NCBI RefSeq assembly: GCF_006345805.1
Contig: NC_043005.1
Span: forward strand, 35,898,001-35,962,000
Reading direction: 5' to 3'
Source: Octopus sinensis
Taxonomy: Eukaryota
Length of the DNA stretch: 64,000 bases
Below are positions 41,451 to 52,056 of the stretch, piece after piece. The notes under the pieces were generated by a model, which had not been told where the DNA came from, did not search any database, and was given only the letters and a program-made list of their open reading frames with translations. Each line of letters begins with the position of its first letter. The stretch's first letter is position 1. The translations under genes were made by a program, and so were the position numbers.

Positions 41451-41848
41451 TACTAAGACATTGTTCATGGCCACTAAGAGCTGGCTGCTCTCATATTAGA
41501 ATAGCAAATTGTACATTTGCTGAAGTACAAAATGCTTTGTTAAGCTCTTAAACTAAAAACTGATCTGACCACTTCTCATGTCTTTCTTGTTTTCCCTCTC
41601 TGCTAACACTGACAACTTATACCATAGTTTTCACCCAGTGGGAGTCATTCCCAAGTCCATTATCAGTGCAAACCTGCATCTTGTATATATTAGGTGATGC
41701 TTTTTATCGCTCAGCCATAATCTCACTTCTCTCCACTACATAACTAGACACACGTACACACACTAATGCATATTTATGTATACATTCACACATAAATTTA
41801 TACACATACACTAAAAAGTTTGTATATAGATGTATGCATATCTATCTA

Positions 41849-41930
<82 letters not shown>

Positions 41931-41933
<3 letters not shown>

Positions 41934-42097
41934 GGAGTAAACACATAAATGTGAAACAAGGTGGAAAAAAGAGTACTCAAATACCAGGGGTAGAGTAATA
42001 TGCTTTATTTAAAAGCAGCAGAAAATTCAACTGTCCGACGAACGGGAACGTGAAACTCAAGAGTAACAGGTTTTGTTGAATTTCTGCTGCTTTTAAC
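41931..42097. mobile_element. Short pLTR-like element with internal inversion, in (TA)n
   Basis: Inverted arms ttaaaagcagcagaaaattcaac (42009-42031) and gttgaatttctgctgcttttaa (42075-42096) enclose a hammerhead. Confidence 0.7.
42031..42069 (+). ncRNA. Compact type I hammerhead with CCGACGA core variant
   Basis: CUGU CCGACGA ACG GGAA CGU GAAA CUC AA GAG UA ACAG: all three stems pair, GUA cleavage triplet. Confidence 0.75.
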
Positions 42098-42484
42098 ATA
42101 TATACATAATGTGTTTGTATGTATGTACCCAGATGCAATACACATAGATATACTTTCCAGTTAGAAGTAAATTATACATACCTCTTAAATTTCCATTTAT
42201 CTTCCTTCCTCCCATTTCTCAATAGCAAGGCACCTGTTCTTGTCCCTCTATCATATCTCAGGTGTTCAACACCTGGCATAAAGTAATCTACCTTCTCTCA
42301 AATATTTTTCCTGTCTTATAAGGTATTTGGTGACCTCACTAGTTAGTGTGGCATGGAAAAAAGCACGTTGTAAAGTGGTTGGCATTAGGAAGCACACCCA
42401 GCCATAGAAACCACACCAGAGCTGACATTGGGGCACAAAACAGTTCAGATGAAATTCCCTGAAATAGATTTTGTGCAACTAGAA

Positions 42485-43300
42485 ATTCTTATAGCAGTGA
42501 CAGAAATGACAGAGATAGGAGACAGCTTGCTTATGCACTTGTCTGGAGTGTGTCAGTGATAGGATAGAGTATCAATGAGTTGCATCACAGTCCATTTTAT
42601 TGTTCTTCTGGGATCGTTTCGGTTTGAACGGCAGTTTTTTCTAGCGGTCATCATCATCATCATCATTTAACGTCTATTTTCTGTGCCAGCACAGGTTGTC
42701 ACCCATAATTATGACCCTAGTATCGATCTATTGCATTTCAATCTGTTTTAGGGTTAGGGTTAGGGGTGGGGGGAAGGGTATCTTTTTTTCTTCACAAATG
42801 TAAATAAACCCAATCTGTTTCTTAAAGGAGGGACATATTCATACGGCATAGAATGTTTTCACTTCAATAGACATTATTGATTGGTTGAAATTGCAGAAAA
42901 AAACCCAACAAATATCTTACAAACTATAGAATTTTCTCAATAAAGCCAAGAGAAAAAGATGTTTTATAAACACATTCTACCAGTATACGAAGTTTAAAAG
43001 TGTTTAGTTACGTGGAAATTATTTTTAAAAACTGCTGGTCAAACTGAAAAGATCCTTCTTCTGTGCTTAACAGCAGCACTAACCTAGATGTGGGAGCAAT
43101 ACTCCACTGCTGGCTTCACATAAGCCACACAAAGTAACAGCAACTGTTGAAGGCAAAAATATCCTTTGGTCCTAGCTGTGTTAAGGGTGTGCTTTCACCA
43201 GGACAGATTCTGTGATAGTGAGACTCAGTAATTGGAGTGACTGTGAGGGTTTTAGCTGAGTGTTGCTGCTGTTTAGAGAGGTGAGGTAGTGTAATGGCGT
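42485..43300 (-). pseudogene. Fossil CR1/L2/Jockey-group LINE, post-RT region, split by a MITE
   Basis: Translations SQSLQLLSLTITES, YFCLQQLLLLCVAYVKPAVEYCSHI* and KQAVSYLCHFCHCY resemble the RPxxEYCSHIW and RRxVxSLxxFYRY motifs. Confidence 0.7.
42611..43055. mobile_element. MITE with GG-initiated ~30-bp TIRs and 8-bp TSD (Merlin-like)
   Basis: TSD ttcttctg at 42603-42610 and 43056-43063; TIR ggatcgtttcggtttgaacggcagttttt. Confidence 0.9.
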
Positions 43301-43439
43301 TTTCTTTGATATAATATTTGAGTTTTTTTTTTTGCTTTTACAAGGAAGAAGGTTGTTACGCCCCACTGGAGAAATAATAATAATAATCCTCTCTACTACT
43401 AATAATAATAATCCTTTCTACTACTAATCCTTTCTCAAA

Positions 43440-44068
43440 CAGGCAAAGCTCCTTGGTAGCACTGCTAGGCTAGAGATTTTTGAAAATCATCCATTGGTTC
43501 TGGGTCGAAAGCTCTCCGGAAGAGTGGCTAATTAATCTTTGACACCCGAAGTCTCACCAAGAAATATGTGTCTGGTGAACGGTGACCACAGCACGCTCAG
43601 GCTACCATGCAGCTGGTGTTGACAGCAGATAGACCGCCTGACCATTGGTCACCCTGCTCATTACCTCGTCTCAGTTTTTGTCCATCTATAGGTCCAGACT
43701 GAACTAGACCCCGAACAATTTAACCAGTCCGTCCATCCAGTGCCCAACGATGCAGCTGAACAGCATGGACTTGCTTCTCCAGGTGCTGAACCAAAAGTCC
43801 ACTGATTTTTCCTGGTTAATTTTCGCTCCTGAAACTGCCTTGTAGTCCCTAAGAGCAGTGCTGATCATTTCTATGTGTTTATGATCTGACACCACAAAGG
43901 TGATGTCATCGGTATATGCCGACACACATCTCCCACGTCCTAGGTCATGCGGGATGCCTCTCAATGCCTCCAGTTTATGTAGTAGTGGCTTGAGAGTCAG
44001 TACATACAAGAGAGACAAGAGGGGGGGGCAACCTTGCCGAACCGAATGCATGATGTAGAATGGCTCTA
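43440..44068 (-). pseudogene. Tx1/L1-clade reverse transcriptase fragment
   Basis: ORF 43704-44051: SVRQGCP..SLLYVL..PLL, SAYTDDIT (YADD-like), SGAKINQEKS. Confidence 0.9.
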
Positions 44069-44448
44069 ATAATGATAATAATAATCCTTTCTACTATAGG
44101 CACAAGGCCTGCAATTTGGGGGAGGGGGATAGTCAGTTTCGATTGATCCAGTGCGCAACTTGTACTTATTTCGATGACCTCAAAAGGACAAAAGGCAAAG
44201 TTGACCTCAGTGACATTTGAGCTCTAAACAAGAAGATGGACAGGACATCGTTAAGCATTTCGCCTGGATTGCTAACGATTCTGTCAACTTGTCGCCATTG
44301 CCAGCAATATAAACCCTTCAAGGCAGTGCACCAGAATTGCCACAGTTCAATGACTGAAACGTGTAAAAGTTAAAGATTCCTGTGGTATGTAGGAGCAACT
44401 GGACAAGTTAAAGGATATATATATGTGTATATATATATATATATATAT

Positions 44449-44483
<35 letters not shown>

Positions 44484-44813
44484 TAGAGATAAGACTAATG
44501 AACCCAAACAAATAAAAACGAGATAAGCAAATAACATACATCTCCACAGAGACAAGTGAAAGATAAATGGACAGAAAGTCAAATAAAGCAGAGACTAAAG
44601 TATGTAGACAAATAATTAAACAGGAAGAAAAATTTACAAAATAAAGTAAAAACAGAATAAAGACAGGTATACAGAAAGAAAAATAAAAGAAAGTCAAGCA
44701 GAAAGTTAAAAATAAAATCGACAGAAACCAAGAGCGAGAGGAGAGAGAGAGGGAGAGATTAAAATGGCAGCAGAGAGAACAATAAAACGGACATTTTTGG
44801 ACAGAGAACAAAC

Positions 44814-44918
44814 CTCGTGGAATTTCGACCACCAGACGATGAAATAATACAAAAGAAGAACAAAAAATGTTTTGGCTGAGAAATATTGGAAAAGCGATTT
44901 TACTGGGTATCTCTTCAT
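44814..44918 (-). CDS. Candidate first coding exon of a host gene with a signal peptide or signal anchor (MKRYPVKSLFQYFSAKTFFVLLLYYFIVWWSKFHE)
   Basis: Non-repetitive, CpG-containing; acaaaATG context; basic then hydrophobic N-terminus; phase-0 donor GAG|GTTTGT at 44814/44813; followed by pyrimidine-rich intron-like sequence and CpG depletion. Downstream exons not identified. Confidence 0.5.
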
Positions 44919-45483
44919 TTTGTAGCCAAGAAAGTGAAAAACTGATCAGAATCGCCGTTTGATATTTCTACAGCAGACACGGCTTTCTTTTATGTTGCTT
45001 TTAGTTATGTTGCTGGGGAGAAGCAGACGTCATTTGTTTATGTGTGAGAGTGTGTACGCACCCAGTTGTTTAGAGTGTGCGTGTGGGAGGTGTTTGAATA
45101 AACGTTTGAGTAAAAGTGAGGTATTTGTGAGTACATGTGTGTTTGAGTATGCGCGTGGCGTTGTAATTGAGAAAACGCGTGTCTATATGTATATGTGTGT
45201 ATATGTGTGTGTAATTATGTCAGGTTACACATTTGCTTGGGTACGCGCATACGTCACTGTGTGTGTGTTTAAAATGCGTGTATGGTATTGTGTTTGAATA
45301 TACATGTATATGCGTTTGTGTGTATTTGAGTGTGTATATATGAGTGCGAGCGTACGTTTGCTAAAAGAAACAGATGATCTTTATATTGGCTGTATATATA
45401 CGTTCGTAAATCAGAACGTATGTATGAACGTACGTACGTATGTTGGTATGTGCGTACGTATGTATATATGTAATATATATAAA

Positions 45484-45722
45484 AATATATTTGCCTTTCT
45501 GTACGCGTTTGTTCAGCCGAAGGTCCCGCAACTTCCAAACGAACATTAGTGAACAAATATAAATTCAAAATTCAAATAAGTTATCATTATCTTTTAAAAA
45601 ACAATGATAAAGTGGCTTAGCAAACATATCCATTTTGAATTTATATTTGCTCACTAATGTTCGTTTAGAAGTCGAGGGGCCTTCAGCTGAAAAAAACGCG
45701 CACGGAAAGGTAAATATATTTT
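45484..45722. repeat. Fold-back inverted repeat with ~90-bp arms, MITE-like
   Basis: aaacgaacattagtgaacaaatataaattcaaaat pairs with attttgaatttatatttgctcactaatgttcgttt. Confidence 0.8.
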
Positions 45723-45881
45723 TAAAGATAGTTTAAGCAGTAAGTGTAGCTGATGAACAGAAAGCGAAATTGAATTGATACGGGAATATCTACTCTCCTG
45801 TTTGTAGATTTACAAAAAAAAGGAAAAAGACTGTTTTTCTAAATGTATTTACTACATTCTCAGTGTATGTAGTATAGGGAA

Positions 45882-46260
45882 GCACTCCGTCAGTTACGAC
45901 GATGAGGGTTCCGGTTGATCCGAATCAACGGAACAGCCTGCTCGTGAAATTAACGTGTAAGTGGCTGAGCACTCCACAGACACGTGTACCCTTAACGTAG
46001 TTCTCGGGGATATTCAGCGTGACACAGAGTGTGACAAGGCTGGCCCTTTGAAATACAGGTACAACAGAAACAGGAAGTAAGAGTGAGAGAAAGTTGTGGT
46101 GAAAGAGTACAGCAGAGATCACCACCATCCCCTGCCGGAGCCTCGTGAAGCTTTAGGTGTTTTCGCTCAATAAACACTCACAACGCCCGGTCTGGGAATC
46201 GAAACCGCGATCCTATGACCGCGAGTCCGCTGCCCTAACCACTGGGCCATTGCGCCTCCA
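45882..46260 (-). mobile_element. tRNA-derived SINE (family C), intact
   Basis: Minus strand ggaggcgcaatggcccagtggttagggcagcggactcgcgg...ggtttcgattcccag with A and B boxes. Confidence 0.9.
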
Positions 46261-46450
46261 CTCCTCTTCGCACTAATCGGTGTAACAAATCCTTCTTTCT
46301 CAGAGCATCGATGCTCTGGAATCTCTTCTCCGCTTTTGCAAATGTTGACTGACTTGCATCTTCTTAATCTTCTTGACAATCTCGCTGGTCTTGGAGGGTC
46401 TGCAAAAGTCACTGACTATGGCCCCTTCTTCCAGAATAAATAAATAAAAC
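46261..46450 (+). pseudogene. 3' terminus of a CR1/L2/Jockey-group LINE
   Basis: Reads RTNRCNKSFFLRASMLWNL (SFFxRxxxLWN motif); (TAAA)n tail. Confidence 0.6.
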
Positions 46451-46622
46451 AACTTTGATAAAGTCAAGCTGTGGGTGCGTTGAATAAAAGGAATTATAAA
46501 GTAGCCATCTTTAGCTCCAGAATGACTTTAGGTAAAAGATTATAAATATCATAAAAACCTGTTGGATATTTTGTAGAGTACCTAATGAATTTGTTGAAAA
46601 AAAGTACAAACCTCAAGAGTAT

Positions 46623-47393
46623 GGCATACGTACACAAATGTGTCCCCCCCCACCTACTGTGTTTCCTTATAACTTCTAGAAAAAAAAAAGAATTTTTTTA
46701 ATGTAATTTTCTACAAATACGTATCAGATTCCGATTATATTAGAATTTGTGAAAAAAATACAAAAAATTATTCCGATAGTTGGGAGAGGAATTTCGGAAA
46801 ATTCAAACGAGTCAGCTTTGTTTCCGCGTAACTTTCAGCAAAATGGGTATTTTTTAATGAAATTTTCAGTAAATACCTTTCAGAGTGTGTAGATCAGGAT
46901 TATTTCGGAATTTATATGAAAAATAACACCCCACCCTTCACCAATAAATAAATAAATAAATGATAATAAAAAAAAATTAAAAAATTGTGGGCTCGCACAC
47001 ATACGCATTGACATGTCACATTTTTTTCCCCGAAATTTCAAGTTTCATTTATAGATTACGTGATATATGGCCAGCCCACCATTTTTCTTTTTATTGTTTT
47101 CTTTTCGCAATAAATTCCAATATAATCTTAAATTTGTGCCTTCTAATGAGGTATTTATGGAAAATTTTACAAAAATTCTCATTTTGTTGAAAGTTGCGAG
47201 AAAACAAAGCTGACTCGTGTGAATTTTCCGGAACATTCTCCGCACGCTCGGAAAATTTTTTTACAACTTCCGATATAATCGGAATTTACACTATCTGAAG
47301 CGTATTTGTAAAAAATTTCAATAAAAAAAATTTTTTTTTTTTCTGGAAGTTATGAGGAAACAAAGTCAGAAGGTACACTTGTGTAGGTATGTC
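46623..47393. mobile_element. Long-TIR fold-back non-autonomous DNA transposon with internal subrepeats
   Basis: Termini ggcatacgtacacaa / ttgtgtaggtatgtc; complementarity extends more than 200 bp; no exact TSD. Confidence 0.75.
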
Positions 47394-48387
47394 AAGAATG
47401 TTTTTATTTAGTTTTAAGAGAAAACAGGAAATGGCTTTTCATTTCGTTTACCTAAAAGGAAAACTATCTAAAAATCGTGTTGACGAGAAAATCTCTACGT
47501 GGTTACCCGATCTGCTAGAAAGAACAACTAAACCTTCCTTAAATCATCATCCAAACATCTTTAAAAAAAATAAGGAACACAGTGGACAATTTAACCCCTG
47601 ACATACAAAAAGGTGAGATAGTTACGGACAGGTGGAATGTTTTTGAACGTAGGACCGACTTGGGGTTAAGCAATTACAAAATAACTTCTGAAGAAATATC
47701 AATGCTTTTGTTTGTTAATATTTTCTAATTTCCTTCATCGTACATTATAGTCGCTAATATATTATAGTTATATTAATCCATACAATTAATGATGCTTTTA
47801 GTACTACAGTGTTATCTGGTGATTATGCGAAGGCTCTGGTTGTATATTAGCTGGACGAAATAATTATTTCCGATAGATAACGTCATATTAGATTTCCTCT
47901 CATATTACGAAGGAGCTAGTCTGCGATAAATCACTCTATTTTGGTTAATCAACAGTTCCTTCCTTTAAAACTGTGTGGCCTTTTATCTACAGTAGGAATC
48001 TTTAGCAAACGTGTTGAAAATCTAATATATCACACGGAACGCATAAAACCACAGCAATATAATAGAAGGAAGAAAAAGAAAACAAAACAAAAGCCGCCAT
48101 ACTGATTGGGCGAAATTATGATAATCGTCATTATGGCCAGAATCGGCCAGTCAGCAAGTTACGGGTACTAAAATTTTAAAAATTTATTTAAAAATTCTGT
48201 GACTACGATTGAATAGATCGAAATATGGGTGTGTCATACAAATTCTGAACAAGTTTTTTATTCTAAAGCTCTCAAAAACTTTACGACATGCAGAGTAGGC
48301 GAGGTCACTCTCAGAACAAAAGAGGATACAGGATAGAGCGGGGAAAGACCTCTGTTTATAACCCACCCATAAAATTTTTAAAACAAA

Positions 48388-48745
48388 CTAGCACAGTGCT
48401 AGTGCATGCATATACAGCTGCGTGCGTGCGCACATACACGCGAGTACTGTCCAAATCTCCGACCAATCACATACAGCTAGCTGGCATTCGATTGGCGTAT
48501 CACGTTTCGGGCATTTTGATTGGGTTTTGGATAGAAAATTCACAAAAAAGTCACTTCTATTGATTTTTTTAATGGCTTTGCGGGGTGACTGGGGAAATGT
48601 AAAGATGTGCACGACCACCCTGTGCACGACCACCCTTGGACGGTTTTCAATGACCATAGAAAGTGCGAGCCCTCTAACTGAAAAATTGTGGATTTGTATA
48701 AAGGACACACACAGACAGACATTTTGCCGTTTATATATAGAGAGA
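48388..48745 (-). mobile_element. Non-autonomous Helitron-like element
   Basis: Minus strand A|TCtctctatatataaacggca...gCTAG|T; 5' end shared with 58997-59377. Confidence 0.65.
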
Positions 48746-50659
48746 TATCAGACATCGTGGGAAGGGAGACAAAGGAATCGAGTGATGCCTTGACTTATTA
48801 CATAATTTGGTGTTAAACATAAAGTGACGGTTGAGGACACATTGAAAGACTGGAAGAAGAGAGAACATATTGTAGTGCTGCTCTAGGGTACTGTATGTCT
48901 TGGCGCTGGTTTGGGTTCTAATAATGACAATTCCATCATTTTGTATATCAGGTATTATAGTCTAATGTGGACCCTCAGCTGTTTGATTTGAGGACTATTT
49001 TGCTGTTATTTCTTGTTCGTTGAATGACGATTAGAGGAGGATCTCTATGGTCTCAAAAGCCATGTTGTAGTAGAACACGAAAGACAAAAATTATAAATTA
49101 GAAAAACATTAAAGAACCTTCCAAAAACGTACAGTGAAAACAACTGAATACACGAAGGGGGTGGGTTGATGGGTGGGTGCATTGTTACAAACAGGGGACT
49201 GGAATCAGTAAAAGCACAAAAATACAAGTGTATCTTTTTTTTTTTAGTTGTTTCAGTTATTGGACTGTGGCCATGCTGGGGCACCACCTTGAGAGGCTTC
49301 TATTCGAGCAAATAGTGGACAGCACGTGATACCTTCAGTACCTTTAACGGAATTCACTCTGTTTCAAGCATACAGGTCAGATCTCTGCTTTGACAATTAC
49401 CTCTCTTCATCGCTCCCATTAATTTCCGACATCCCGAAACCAGTCAATATACTATGCCTTACTCTCCTAACTAAAAGCCAGAAAAAAAAAATTCAATAAA
49501 CAGATTGATACTCTGTCTTTCTCACATTATTTGTTTTATAGCGAGATCAATGTTAATTCTCATTTTCATCCCATCACTTCGACATTTTGTGATTGGAAAA
49601 AAAAATCTCAATAGCTTTGACCAACAACCCCACTTTTCGTAATTGAATCGAGCGATACACAGGAGCTTGGGGTGAACATTTCATCTTATAGCAAGTTTGA
49701 TTGATGGAAACCATAAAGATTCTCTGGAGTTTTATACCTTCGGAGAAGCTAGTGACGAGATATAGAGACTGGTGTTATCTAATGCAGGTCTCAAGACACC
49801 TTGAGCGTTTCATCTAAATGGACAAGAAAAAAAAAAAAAAAACCTTCGCAGATTCAATTATGAGATAAAGAAGTGGAATATCACAGCCAAAATTTTCAGG
49901 TTCAATGCAACTGGGAGATAAAAAATAAAGTATGAAAAACACACACACACACACACACAAAAAACGATAATCCAGCAATGCAGTGTCAAACACAAACTCA
50001 CAACACAATTTCCATCTTCGAAATTCCGTCACAAAGTATTGGTCGGGCTAAAACTATAGTGGAAGACACTTGTCTCAAGTGCTGCCCAGTAGGACTGCCT
50101 GCATCTTCTTAACCACACGGCCATGCCTGCGCCTTCATAACCAATTAACCATACCTACTACATTTGTTTTAGCCGACTTAGAAGAGACGAACGGTAAAAC
50201 TGACCTCAGCGGAATTTGAACTCAAAACATAAAGTGACATAAAATACTACGAGGCATTTTCTCGACGCTTTAATCATTCTGCTGAACCAACGCCCTCCCC
50301 CACCTTTTTATAAATAGGAAAACAAATTATAGCTTTTCATTCGTGTAATTCTTATATCTTCACCAAGGTGCTTGGCAAGTTTTAAGTGGTCAAACCCCTT
50401 TCTTTGTACTAAATCTAATCTTTTGAACAACCGCAGAACCTCGCTGTCCGTTAAGAAAAACTGCAATTAGTGTGAAACGAACTTATGTGTGTGAATATCC
50501 TCGTGCACTTTTGGGGTGCACAAAGCAATCACTCACTAGCCGTTGCTTTAATAATCCAGATTCTCTACAAGTCAGAAACAACAAGACGCAGACGTGAAAT
50601 ATATATAACTACTTTATTCTCTTTCTTGGTAACAATAACAATAAGTGTGTTATCTGATG

Positions 50660-51075
50660 TCCTTGATTCTGGGCGCGCACCGCTATAAGTTAATAGATTG
50701 TAATATTTACAATCTTCAGCCCAAAAACAGAAAGGATTCAAGATGGCGTCGAACAATGGAGACGATGTTGGTCTGCAACAATTTTGGTTAAAAGTCTTCG
50801 GCCAAAGGACTGCTAGAATCAGTTCAGACGGAGAGAATATATGCGTGACTGCCGCCTTCAATCGCTGGGTCCCAAGTCCTCGATGACTGCTGCTAGTGGT
50901 CAAACGTTCTACGACCCCCTTGCCTCGCTAACCACCACGATAGGCAAGCGGGTCGTGCTTCCGGTGGTTCGCGCATGCGCGAGAGGGCCCTTCCTTTCTC
51001 TTGGTGAAGGCACCAACACGCGCGAAATACAAATGGACAGTGCGCGAGCGCGCGCCGTTGTAGGTTCACTACAAG
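50660..51075. promoter_or_regulatory. CpG-island-like promoter
   Basis: Highest CpG/GC density among non-repeat sequence; caagatggcg (YY1-like) 50739-50748, cttccggt (ETS-like) 50958-50965, palindrome tcgcgcatgcgcga (NRF1-like) 50969-50982. Confidence 0.7.
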
Positions 51076-51148
51076 TGCAAACTTAATGGGAAACGGAAAG
51101 AAATGCAAGGAGGGGTTACCGTATTTCATAGCATATAAAATGGACCTT

Positions 51149-51569
51149 GGATCTTTTCGGTTTGAATGGCAGTTTTTTCTAGCGGTGTCATATGAAATTG
51201 TCACCCATAATTATGACCCTAGAATCGATCTGTTGCATTTCAATCTGTTTTAGGATTAGGGTTAGGGTTAGGGGTGGGGGAAGGGTATCTTTTTTTCTTC
51301 ACAAATGTAAATAAACCCTATCTGTTTCTTAAATGAGGGACATATTCATACGACACAGAATGCTTTTTAACTCAATAGACGTCACTGATTGGTTGAAATT
51401 GCAGAAATTGAAGAAAAAAACAACAAATATCTTACAAACTATAGAATTTTCTCAATAAAGCCAAGAGAAAAAGATGTTTTATAAACGCATTCTACCAGTA
51501 TACGAAGTTTAAAATTTTTTAGTTACCTAGAAATTATGTTAAAAACTGCCGTTCAAACCGAAAAGATCC
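51149..51569. mobile_element. 421-bp MITE, GG-initiated TIRs, 8-bp TSD (Merlin-like)
   Basis: TSD tggacctt at 51141-51148 and 51570-51577; TIR ggatcttttcggtttgaatggcagttttt / aaaaactgccgttcaaaccgaaaagatcc. Confidence 0.92.
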
Positions 51570-51756
51570 TGGACCTTTTCTCCTTTAAATATCTTGAAAA
51601 TAAAAGAAACAGAAAAAAATCATCCTGGGCCCTAAATGCGATGTTGGGCTTATATTACGTGATTCAACGTTTAAACGGCGGGAAAGGGTTGCGTGAATGT
51701 TTTTTGCAAACGGGCAAAAAACAAAAATCCTTTTTTTAAATAGTTATTTTCACTAT

Positions 51757-52056
51757 GTGGAGACACATAGCCTAGTGGTTAGAGCAGCGGACTCGTGGTC
51801 GAGAGATCGCGGGTTCGAATCTCAGACCGGGCGATGTGTGTGTTTATGAGCGAAACACTTAAGCTCCACGATGCTCCGGCAGAAGGTAATGGCGAACTTC
51901 TGACTCTTTCGCCGCAACTTTCTCGCACCCTTTCCTCCTGTATCTAGCAACTCACCTGCGATGGACCGGCGTCCCGTCCAGGTGGGGAAACTATACGCCA
52001 AGGAAACCGGGAAACCGGCCCTTATGAGCCAGGCATGGCTCGAGAAGGAACAAATA
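51757..52056 (+). mobile_element. tRNA SINE with family C head and V-domain-like 3' half
   Basis: A/B boxes; cctgcgatggaccggcgtcccgtccagg motif; TSD attttcactat at 51746-51756 and 52057-52067. Confidence 0.8.

Noticed and set aside
45747-45775. CTGATGA..GAAA (also CTGATGA at ~40043 and ~15957)
   Set aside because: No complementary stems I/II around the core; chance matches.
46180-46260. tRNA-like sequences with A and B boxes
   Set aside because: They are SINE heads continuous with repeat bodies and tails; no complete cloverleaf was supported.
50565-50903. 112-aa minus-strand ORF over the CpG island
   Set aside because: Non-ATG start, no recognisable domain; long ORFs are expected in GC-rich sequence.
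51256-51280. Interstitial telomere or chromosome-fusion scar
   Set aside because: Only 2-3 TTAGGG units, internal to a MITE and present in both copies.
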